A stretch of DNA of 64,000 nucleotides from a candidate division FCPU426 bacterium (GTDB taxonomy: Bacteria; Oederibacteriota; JAAXVQ01; JAUVAV01). The notes under the pieces were generated by a model. That model did not search any database and was not told the DNA's origin. It saw only the letters and a program-made list of their open reading frames with translations. Shown one piece after another: positions 51,030 to 58,741 of this stretch (its first letter is position 1; each line of letters starts with the position of its first letter). Location: NCBI GenBank assembly GCA_030637655.1, contig DAOWGI010000031.1, forward strand, positions 3,706-67,705, given 5' to 3'. The translations under genes were made by a program, and so were the position numbers.

Positions 51030-51992
51030 ATGCGTCCTCGTTTGATTTTTATGGGGACACCGGATTTCGGGGTTCCTACATTTCGGTATTTAGTGGAGAA
51101 CCACTATCCGGTTGCAGCGGTGGTAACCCGTCCGGACAAACCCAAAGGACGCGGTTATCAATCGTCCGTGTCTGCTGTGAAAGCCATGGCCCTGGAATTG
51201 GGATTGCCGGTGTTGCAACCCTTGGATGTGAATCACCGGGAATTTTTAGAACAATTAAAGGCGTTACAAGCAAAGGTTATTGTAGTCGCGGCTTTTGGCC
51301 GGATTTTAAAAACGGAATTGTTGTACTTGTTACCCTTAGGCTGCATTAACCTGCATGGATCCTTGCTTCCCAACTACCGGGGAGCGGCTCCGATCCAGTG
51401 GGCAATCGCCCAAGGGGAAAAGGAAACCGGAATCACGGTTCAGATTATGGCGGAAGAAGTAGACAGCGGAGCGATTCTGGTGCAGCGAGCAATTCCGATC
51501 GGACCGGACGAGTGTTGTCAGGAGGTATACCAAAAATTGGCTGCTGTGGGAGGTCCGGCAACAGCAGAAGCATTGGAGAAGCTGGCGGAAAAGGGCAGGG
51601 CAGCCGGTATGGCTCAGGATGAGACCCAGGCTACTTTAGCACCCCGGCTGCGCCGGGAAGACGGCTGCCTGGACTGGACTCAGCCGGCAGAGCGGATTCA
51701 TAATCGAGTACGTGCGTTTAATCCCTGGCCAGGCACCTATTCCTTTGCCAGGGGAAAACGATTGAAAATTATAACCACGCAAAGAGCAAAACGATCCCTG
51801 CCCAAAGACACACCTCCGGGAAGCATCCTGGAAGTGGACAATGCGACTGGGTGGTTGGTTGCCGCGGGACATGGTACCACGCTGCGAGTGGTGCGAGTAC
51901 AATGCGACAATGCCAAAGAGATGGCGGCGCAATCTTTTACCTGCGGGTATCGTGTCGGAGTAGGTAGCGTGCTGGGACTAAGGAGGGAATAA
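51030..51992 (+). CDS. fmt: Methionyl-tRNA formyltransferase
   Basis: FMGTPDF, INLHGSLLPNYRGAAPIQ, DSG, RAFNPWP. Confidence 0.97.
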   Translation: MRPRLIFMGTPDFGVPTFRYLVENHYPVAAVVTRPDKPKGRGYQSSVSAVKAMALELGLPVLQPLDVNHREFLEQLKALQAKVIVVAAFGRILKTELLYLLPLGCINLHGSLLPNYRGAAPIQWAIAQGEKETGITVQIMAEEVDSGAILVQRAIPIGPDECCQEVYQKLAAVGGPATAEALEKLAEKGRAAGMAQDETQATLAPRLRREDGCLDWTQPAERIHNRVRAFNPWPGTYSFARGKRLKIITTQRAKRSLPKDTPPGSILEVDNATGWLVAAGHGTTLRVVRVQCDNAKEMAAQSFTCGYRVGVGSVLGLRRE

Positions 51993-51994
51993 AA

Positions 51995-52384
51995 GTGGCG
52001 TCAAAACGTATCATCATTGTGGACGATGATCCTGGTATAGTGGAATTGTTTCAGGATATTTTGGAAGGGAAGGGATACGAAGTCCAGACTTTTCATCGTG
52101 GTTGGGAAGCTTTGCAGGCAGTATCGCGTCAACGTCCGGATTTGATGATTCTGGATATCATGATGCCGCGGGTGAATGGTTATGAAGTCTGTCAGATCAT
52201 GAAAGAAAATCCCAAGACCAAACAAATTCCGGTTATTTTTTTGACCGCGCTTTCCCACCAGGAGGCGTTGCGCCTGGCAGCCGAAGGTGGCGCGGATGAT
52301 TTTTTGGTAAAGCCATGTACTCCGGAGCGGTTGATCCGGCACGTGGAAAGGCATTTAAGTATGCTTAAAACCGAGGAAGAATAG
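51995..52384 (+). CDS. Single-domain response regulator
   Basis: VDDD, LDIMMP, FLTA, KP receiver motifs. Confidence 0.92.
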   Translation: MASKRIIIVDDDPGIVELFQDILEGKGYEVQTFHRGWEALQAVSRQRPDLMILDIMMPRVNGYEVCQIMKENPKTKQIPVIFLTALSHQEALRLAAEGGADDFLVKPCTPERLIRHVERHLSMLKTEEE

Positions 52385-52394
52385 AGGAAGCATA

Positions 52395-53105
52395 ATGGAA
52401 CTGGACAAAATTCTCCACCAAGCGCAGGCAGAATTAAAAAAAAGTTTTGGCGATGATTTGGAAAGTCTTTTGGTGTATGGTTCAGCGGCTATTGGTGATT
52501 ATACACCCGGTGTCTCGGATATAAATTTGTTGGTAGTGCTGAAAAGAGTAAACATTTATATTCTGGACAGTATGCGCGATTTCATGAAAAAAATGGGCCG
52601 GGCATTTGTGACCGCGCCGTTGGTGATGACCCGGGAGCACATTCGCACGTCAGCGGATGTTTTTCCCATTGAATTTTTGGAAATCAAAGAGAAGCACCGT
52701 ATGCTTATAGGTGAAGATTATTTTGCTGATCTGAAAATTGACATAAAAAACTTGAGGCACGAATGCGAGCATGAATTAAAGGGCCGGGTCATCCGAATCC
52801 GGCAGAGTTTTATAGAAGCCAAGGGATCGAGTCATGAATTGAAAGAACTGCTCATATCCGCACACACAGCCAATTTCCCGGCCTTTCGGACGGCCTTGCG
52901 GTTGAAAGAAGCAGCGCCGCCCATGAAAAAAGAGGAAGTGACTGCGGCCTTGTCCGTGCACTTTGACTTGGATGTGGAATTATTTCATACCATCAAACGG
53001 CTCCGGATGCATGAGATCAAATTGAATGCGGGCAGCTTGCGTGAATTGATAGGTAAATATTTAAGTGAGGTTGAAAAACTTGCAGCCATTGTGGACCGTT
53101 TGTAA
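52395..53105 (+). CDS. Nucleotidyltransferase-domain protein
   Basis: YGSAA.GDY.PG.SDINLLVV and DVFPIEF; adjacent to TPM and LemA genes. Confidence 0.8.
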   Translation: MELDKILHQAQAELKKSFGDDLESLLVYGSAAIGDYTPGVSDINLLVVLKRVNIYILDSMRDFMKKMGRAFVTAPLVMTREHIRTSADVFPIEFLEIKEKHRMLIGEDYFADLKIDIKNLRHECEHELKGRVIRIRQSFIEAKGSSHELKELLISAHTANFPAFRTALRLKEAAPPMKKEEVTAALSVHFDLDVELFHTIKRLRMHEIKLNAGSLRELIGKYLSEVEKLAAIVDRL

Positions 53106-53856
53106 AACCTTTTTTGCTGTTCTGCTCCTTTCCGTACTGCTTGTCAATCCGGTACCCGGAGCAACTGCCGCGAAGGCGCCTCAGGTGCCGCGACCAGTCG
53201 GTTTTGTAAATGATTATGCCCAGGTGCTTAGTGAACCGGCTAAAGCGCAACTAAATGCTCTCTCAACCAGTCTGGCGCAAGCTACCGGCGCGCAGATGGT
53301 TTTTGTGATTATGCCCAGCATTGCTCCTTACGATGAATTTACCTATGGCCAGGCTATTTTTGATGCTTGGGGCATTGGTCAAAAAGGCAAGGATAATGGA
53401 CTCTTGTTTTTAATTGCCATCAAAGAAAAGCGTCTTCGTATTCATACGGGGTACGGTGTAGAGGGAGTGTTGCCGGACGGCAAGTTGGGACGTTATCGGG
53501 ATGAATACTTGCGGCCCTATTTAAAGAAAAACGAGATAGGCGCCGGCTTGGCCAACATTGGTCTGGTCTGTGCTCAGGATCTGGCCCAAGAGGCCGAGGT
53601 ACAGTTGAATATCAACGGAACACCAAAGCGGTTTCCGCGCCAAAAAAGTCAGGGGACCCCCGGGCGCCTGATTATCATGATTGTTTTATTGGTGTTCCTC
53701 AGTGTGATTTCGAGACTAAACCGGCGTCGTCGTTCTGTGACCGGTGCCTATATTCCAGGGGGCTACTATCGCAGCGGTGGCGGTGGTTTTGGTGGCGGCT
53801 TCTCGGGTTTTGGCGGCGGTTTTTCCGGTGGCGGCGGCGTGGGTGGCGGCTGGTAA
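53065..53856 (+). CDS. TPM-domain (DUF477) membrane protein
   Basis: VNDYAQVL, WGIGQKGKDNGLL, GYGVEGVLPD, one TM and a Gly-rich tail ending GGGW. Confidence 0.92.
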   Translation: MRLKNLQPLWTVCKTFFAVLLLSVLLVNPVPGATAAKAPQVPRPVGFVNDYAQVLSEPAKAQLNALSTSLAQATGAQMVFVIMPSIAPYDEFTYGQAIFDAWGIGQKGKDNGLLFLIAIKEKRLRIHTGYGVEGVLPDGKLGRYRDEYLRPYLKKNEIGAGLANIGLVCAQDLAQEAEVQLNINGTPKRFPRQKSQGTPGRLIIMIVLLVFLSVISRLNRRRRSVTGAYIPGGYYRSGGGGFGGGFSGFGGGFSGGGGVGGGW

Positions 53857-53985
53857 AGAAAATTAACCGCCGATGAACGCCGATAAACGCGGATATTTAT
53901 AGCTTAAGGGATAAAAAAGATTTTTAATTTGCGTATATCGGCGTGCATCGGCGGCTAAATTTGGTTCCGGCTGGTCCGGGTTAGG
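53855..53985 (+). repeat. ~130-bp hairpin element (family copy)
   Basis: aaccgccgatgaacgccgataaacgcg ... tgcgtatatcggcgtgcatcggcggc plus ttccggctggtccgggttagg. Confidence 0.85.
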
Positions 53986-54003
53986 AAAAAAATAGGAGGT
54001 GTT

Positions 54004-54597
54004 ATGGAAAAAACAGGATTGGCAGTACTTTCGATTGTGGGTGTTGTCCTGGCAGTGTTTTTGTTGGTCTTGCTGGGTGTGGTTTTTTATGTAATCGGAA
54101 GTTATAACAGTTTGGTCAAAATGGATGAGTCCGTAAAAACCGCATGGTCACAAGTCGAGAATCAATTGCAGCGGCGCAATGACCTGATTCCCAATTTGGT
54201 TAATACGGTCAAAGGGTACGCCTCACATGAGAAGGGGATTTTTGAGAATGTGGCTGAAGCCCGGGCCAAGTTGGCCGGGGCTCAAAACCGGAATGAAAAA
54301 ATTGCTGCGGCCGGTGAAATGTCAAGTGTACTGGGACGTTTGTTTGCCATTGTAGAAAATTATCCACAACTCAAAGCGGACATGAATTTTCGGCAACTAC
54401 AGGATGAATTGGCCGGTACAGAGAACCGGATTGCGGTTGAACGTATGCGGTACAATGAGACTGTGAAGCTTTTTAATCAGAGCATCCGCGTTTTTCCCAA
54501 GAATATCATTGCCGGTATGTTCGGTTTTGAAAAAGCCAATTTATTTGAGGCGGAAGAAGGAAGCAAAGAAGTGCCGAAGGTTGATTTTACACAGTAG
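54004..54597 (+). CDS. lemA: LemA family protein
   Basis: YNSLV, QRRNDLIPNLVNTVKGY, ENYPQLKA, ENRIAVERMRYN, FP. Confidence 0.96.
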   Translation: MEKTGLAVLSIVGVVLAVFLLVLLGVVFYVIGSYNSLVKMDESVKTAWSQVENQLQRRNDLIPNLVNTVKGYASHEKGIFENVAEARAKLAGAQNRNEKIAAAGEMSSVLGRLFAIVENYPQLKADMNFRQLQDELAGTENRIAVERMRYNETVKLFNQSIRVFPKNIIAGMFGFEKANLFEAEEGSKEVPKVDFTQ

Positions 54598-54613
54598 GGA
54601 CGATTGGGGACGT

Positions 54614-54716
54614 GGGGACGTTGATCGGTAATACGGTTATCCAGAATCACTAATATTTATGAAGAAATCCAAAGAGTCAGCAAATAAAGATAACCGTATT
54701 ACCGATCAACGTCCCC
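54614..54716. mobile_element. 103-bp MITE-like element with 28-bp perfect TIRs (copy A)
   Basis: ggggacgttgatcggtaatacggttatc ... gataaccgtattaccgatcaacgtcccc. Confidence 0.8.
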
Positions 54717-54722
54717 CGAGGT

Positions 54723-55116
54723 GGAGTAGTCCGGGCGGCCGCTCTTGTGAGGGCGCGATGACCGCGCCCCTACAGGGGAGGAAAGTCCGAGCTCCCAGGG
54801 CAGAGTGCTGGGTAACACCCAGTCGCGGTGACGTGAAGGAAAGTGCCACAGAAAATATACCGCCCTGCACCCTTGTGGTGCAGGGTAAGGGTGAAATGGT
54901 GAGGTAAGAGCTCACCGCGCTCCGGGTGACCGGAGTGGCAGGGCAAACCCCGCTTGGAGCAAGACCAAATAGGAGGGATGTGTCTGGCAACAGACACAAA
55001 CCACGGCCCGTGGTTCCCTCGGGTTGGTCGCTTGAGGCGCAGCGTAAGTTGCGTCCCAGATAAATGGTCGCCATCTCTGGCAACAGAGAGACAGAACTCG
55101 GCTTATGGACTACTCC
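54723..55116 (+). ncRNA. rnpB: RNase P RNA (probably type A)
   Basis: P1 ggagtagtcc/ggactactcc; GAGGAAAGTCC; AGTGCCACAGAAAA; GGTAAGAGC; GGCAAACCC; AGATAAATG; ACAGAACTCGGCTTA (P4 compensatory pair ccgAg/cTcgg). Confidence 0.97.
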
Positions 55117-55144
55117 TTAATTTTTTTTCGCTTTACGAATGATT

Positions 55145-55247
55145 GGGGACGTTGATCGGTAATACGGTTATCCAAAATCACTAATATTTATGAAAAAATC
55201 CAAAGAGTCAGCAAATAAAGATAACCGTATTACCGATCAACGTCCCC
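55145..55247. mobile_element. 103-bp MITE-like element (copy B)
   Basis: Same orientation as copy A; I see only two substitutions, both in the spacer. Confidence 0.8.
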
Positions 55248-55269
55248 CCGTTACTTTGAGGTGGTTCCG

Positions 55270-56283
55270 ATGATTATTGTCATGAAACCAGGCGTGCCCA
55301 TGCAGGAAATTCGTCAGATCATGGAGCGCATAAAGAAAATGAAGTTAGCGCCGCATCTGCTGCGTGGTACTGAGCGCAATGTCATTGCAGTGATTGGTGA
55401 TGAACGGAATTTGCAGCGAGAGCCCTTGGAAGCGATTCCCGGGGTGGAAAATGTCATGTCCGTACTCAAGCCCTATAAGCTGGCCAGTCTGGAAGGGCAT
55501 CAAGAAAGAACAGTAATCAGCACCGGAGGTTTTGTAATTGGCGAAAAAAAAATAGCTGTCATCGCCGGTCCCTGTACAGTTGAAAACCAAAAGATGTTGC
55601 TGCAAACAGCACGTCATATCCAACGTCAGGGGGCCTGCGGTTTGCGGGGCGGGGTTTTTAAGCCGCGTACCAGTCCTTATGCTTTTCAGGGTTTGAAAAA
55701 TGCCGGATTAAAAGTACTTGCTCAAGTACGCAAGAGTTGCCGGATTCCGGTGGTTACCGAAGTGTTGGATCCCCGCGATGTGAAAGCGGTTGCCAAGTGT
55801 GCGGATATATTGCAAGTGGGCACGCGTAATATGCAGAATTATGAACTTTTGAAAGCAGTTGGCAAACAGAAAAAGCCGGTACTTCTCAAGCGCGGTATGG
55901 CCGCAGGGGTTGATGATTTTCTAATGTCAGCTGAATACATTATGGCGCAAGGAAATTATAAAGTGATTTTATGTGAGCGTGGGATTCGCACGTTTAATGA
56001 TTATGCCCGGAACACTTTGGATTTAACCATCATCCCCGCCTTAAAAGAGAGAACACACTTGCCGGTTATCGTGGATCCGTCACATGGTACGGGTAAGAGA
56101 AAATATGTGATGCCCATGGCGAGGGCCGCGATTGCCGCCGGAGCGGATGGGCTGTTGATTGAGGTGCATCCGCATCCGGAGCGGGCCTGGGTAGATGGCC
56201 GGCAATCACTTTCTTTGCAAGAATTCACAGAATTGATGAGAGAAATACAGAGTATAGCCCATGCTATTGGCAGGACTTTATAA
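55270..56283 (+). CDS. aroF: 3-deoxy-7-phosphoheptulonate synthase (type I-beta, N-terminal regulatory domain)
   Basis: IAGPCTVE, FKPRTSPYAFQG, GTRNMQN, LCERGIRTF, DPSHGTG, EVHP. Confidence 0.95.
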   Translation: MIIVMKPGVPMQEIRQIMERIKKMKLAPHLLRGTERNVIAVIGDERNLQREPLEAIPGVENVMSVLKPYKLASLEGHQERTVISTGGFVIGEKKIAVIAGPCTVENQKMLLQTARHIQRQGACGLRGGVFKPRTSPYAFQGLKNAGLKVLAQVRKSCRIPVVTEVLDPRDVKAVAKCADILQVGTRNMQNYELLKAVGKQKKPVLLKRGMAAGVDDFLMSAEYIMAQGNYKVILCERGIRTFNDYARNTLDLTIIPALKERTHLPVIVDPSHGTGKRKYVMPMARAAIAAGADGLLIEVHPHPERAWVDGRQSLSLQEFTELMREIQSIAHAIGRTL

Positions 56284-56375
56284 TTGCGCGGTATGGGTGT
56301 ATGAAAATTAAATATTTATAGGTATTTTATTGGCAATCCAGGGGAAAAAGAAAAATCCAGGAAGGATTCAAGCAG

Positions 56376-57659
56376 ATGAATCTTCGTATTATAATAACTA
56401 CTGTTTTTATTTTTTTGATAGGAGCTTTAACCGTTCAGGCGGCAGCTTTTGGCGAACAAGGGAGCGGCACAGGAGACTTGTCCGGTCTTGACGGTTATCT
56501 TTATGCAACCCAGTACAACAATTCCACGGCTGGTAATATCAATCGTATTTTTGTGTATTTAACAGCCGCCGGCGCTACCGGAGCGCAGGGGAGAATGGCG
56601 GTTTACGACAATGGCGGAACCAACCTGCCGGAAAGTCTGGTAGTACAAAGCAATACCCAAACCCTGGTAGCTGGATGGAATGAATTCGTGGTGGCCTCAG
56701 CGGCAGTATCCGCTGGTACGTATTGGATTTCTTTTCAATTTGACACATCCAATACCCGGATTGGGTATTATATCGGCACTGTACAACAAACACAATATAG
56801 AGCGTTTTCTCCTGTGCAATCGTTTCCTGCTTCTTGGGGCACACCCGATGGCAATGGTGCTTTTGATATCTGCATGTATGCTACGGAAATCACTCCCACC
56901 CTAACAGTTACACCCACCTATACCGGAACTGCAACACCCACCTATACCCGGACAGCTACCCATTCGCCAACCAGTACAAATACACCAACCTATACAATGA
57001 CGAATACTGCTACTATAACTCCTACCAATACTGTAACCTCCACCTTGACTTCCACCTTAACACCCACACCGACCGGCACGATTACACCAACATATACCGG
57101 TACGGTTTCACCGACACCGTTTATTTCCAGAACCTATACACCGACCGCTACATTTACGGCCACATCTTCTTTCACTCCCACTTCAACCATTACCATAACT
57201 TCGACCATTTCGCAAACAGCTACCGTGACTCCAACTTATACAGTTACTTTAACTTCAACCCCGGTCTATTCGCCGACCGTGACACGTACCGGCACCATAA
57301 CTCCCACGCTCACCACCACACCCACACCCCGTCAGGCCTATAATGATCTGACCGAAGTACGGGTGTTTCCCAATCCCTGGCGCGGCGATATTGTTAGGGT
57401 GCAAAGACGGGTTGTGATTGAAAATTTGACTAGGGATGCCACTGTGTATATCTATACTATAGACAGTCGACTGGTGAAGGAGATTCCACCCGGAGCCAAT
57501 GAAGACAATGGCCGGACCAACAATCCGGGTAACAATGGACGTGCGGAATGGGGCCTGGCCAACCAAGACGGCGATCCGGTGGCCTCAGGGGTGTATGTGT
57601 ATGTGATTAAAGATCCGGCTGGTAATTTCAGACGAGGGAAAATTGCGATTTTAAAATGA
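56376..57659 (+). CDS. Secreted Thr/Pro-rich repeat protein with T9SS-like C-terminal domain
   Basis: Signal peptide; ~150-aa TPTxTxTxTP repeat tract (~56885-57330); VFPNPW...IYTIDSRLVK...WGLANQDG.PVASGVYVY...GKIAILK. Confidence 0.85.
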   Translation: MNLRIIITTVFIFLIGALTVQAAAFGEQGSGTGDLSGLDGYLYATQYNNSTAGNINRIFVYLTAAGATGAQGRMAVYDNGGTNLPESLVVQSNTQTLVAGWNEFVVASAAVSAGTYWISFQFDTSNTRIGYYIGTVQQTQYRAFSPVQSFPASWGTPDGNGAFDICMYATEITPTLTVTPTYTGTATPTYTRTATHSPTSTNTPTYTMTNTATITPTNTVTSTLTSTLTPTPTGTITPTYTGTVSPTPFISRTYTPTATFTATSSFTPTSTITITSTISQTATVTPTYTVTLTSTPVYSPTVTRTGTITPTLTTTPTPRQAYNDLTEVRVFPNPWRGDIVRVQRRVVIENLTRDATVYIYTIDSRLVKEIPPGANEDNGRTNNPGNNGRAEWGLANQDGDPVASGVYVYVIKDPAGNFRRGKIAILK

Positions 57660-57768
57660 TTCACCGCGGCGAAATTAAATATTTCTGTAGGGAACGGTCC
57701 CCCAACCGGAATTTTTGTAGGGAACGGTCGCGACCGTTCCCTACTTCGGGCAAGGAGGAGTTATTTCT

Positions 57769-58398
57769 ATGCCTCGCATTACGGCCATTGAGATACAATC
57801 CAAACAAAAAAATCGACGTTCGATTTTTGTGGACCAGGAATTTATTTGCGGCCTGGATCAGTCAATAGTTGCCAAGCTGCGTTTGACGACCGGACAAGCA
57901 GTTGCGATCAAAGAGCTCAAGAACATAGTTCGGGAAGAAGAAATAAATTGGGCCAAGGAAAAATGTTTGCGTTGGTTGGATCATCGGGCGCGAACTCGCC
58001 GGGAATTAGCCGGGCGTTTACAACAGCATGGGGTTGAACCTGAAGTGTCGGAAGCTGTTCTCAAGCGGTTGCAGGAAATCAAACTGGTTGATGATGAAGC
58101 CTACGCGCGAGGGTTTATTCAAGAACGTGTGCGCTTACAAGGTGTTGGCCGGCGCCGGCTGCGTTTGGAATTAAGCAAACGTGGGCTAGATCATGAAATA
58201 ATAGAGATGGCCCTGCAAGAGAACGTGGCTGAGGACGAGAACCAAGCCTGTGAGGCAGAGGCTAAAAGAAAGGTCCGAACGTATGCCCGGTTGCCTGTTT
58301 TTGTTGCCAGGCGGCGGTTAATTGCTTTTTTAAGCCGTAAAGGATTTGATTTTGAGACCATAAACCCCATTGTGCGCCTGGTGCTGCCGGAAGAGTAA
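57769..58398 (+). CDS. recX: Regulatory protein RecX
   Basis: RARTRREL..RL, LVDDEAYA, G.RRL..EL.KRG, FLSRKGF; aggagg RBS. Confidence 0.92.
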   Translation: MPRITAIEIQSKQKNRRSIFVDQEFICGLDQSIVAKLRLTTGQAVAIKELKNIVREEEINWAKEKCLRWLDHRARTRRELAGRLQQHGVEPEVSEAVLKRLQEIKLVDDEAYARGFIQERVRLQGVGRRRLRLELSKRGLDHEIIEMALQENVAEDENQACEAEAKRKVRTYARLPVFVARRRLIAFLSRKGFDFETINPIVRLVLPEE

Positions 58399-58480
58399 AC
58401 GGCGCGCGGTACTATATTTATTAAAAACGGGTACTGTCAAAAATAACATGAAAGAAAAATGAAATAATTTTCTGAAAATA

Positions 58481-58615
58481 TCCACCACAAAGGCACAAAG
58501 AACACTAAGGAGCACTAAGGAAAAATTAAGTGATAAGAGTAAAACAATAAACATTAATAAATATTAATTTTGTGTTTCTTTGTGAACCTTTGAGCCTTTG
58601 TGCCTTTGTGGTGGA
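58481..58615. repeat. Hairpin element with 9-bp tandem arms
   Basis: ccaccacaaaggcacaaagaacactaagg ... ctttgagcctttgtgcctttgtggtgg. Confidence 0.75.
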
Positions 58616-58741
58616 TCTTTTTAAGATATTTTATTATGGGGGAGATACCTATAAAACAAGAAAAATCCTGAATTACCAATAGTTTAAAGAATTGAAGATA
58701 AAATATTTTGACAATACCTAAAAACGCTGTTGGAGGCAAGT

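Noticed and set aside
53855-53985. Hairpin elements as integron attC sites
   Set aside because: GTTAGG fits the R' core, but I see no matching RYYYAAC box pairing with it, no cassette array and no integrase; flanking genes are housekeeping.
54659-55142. ORFs 54659-54907, 54706-55083, 54770-54997 and 54954-55142
   Set aside because: They overlap the RNase P RNA and MITEs; spurious translations.
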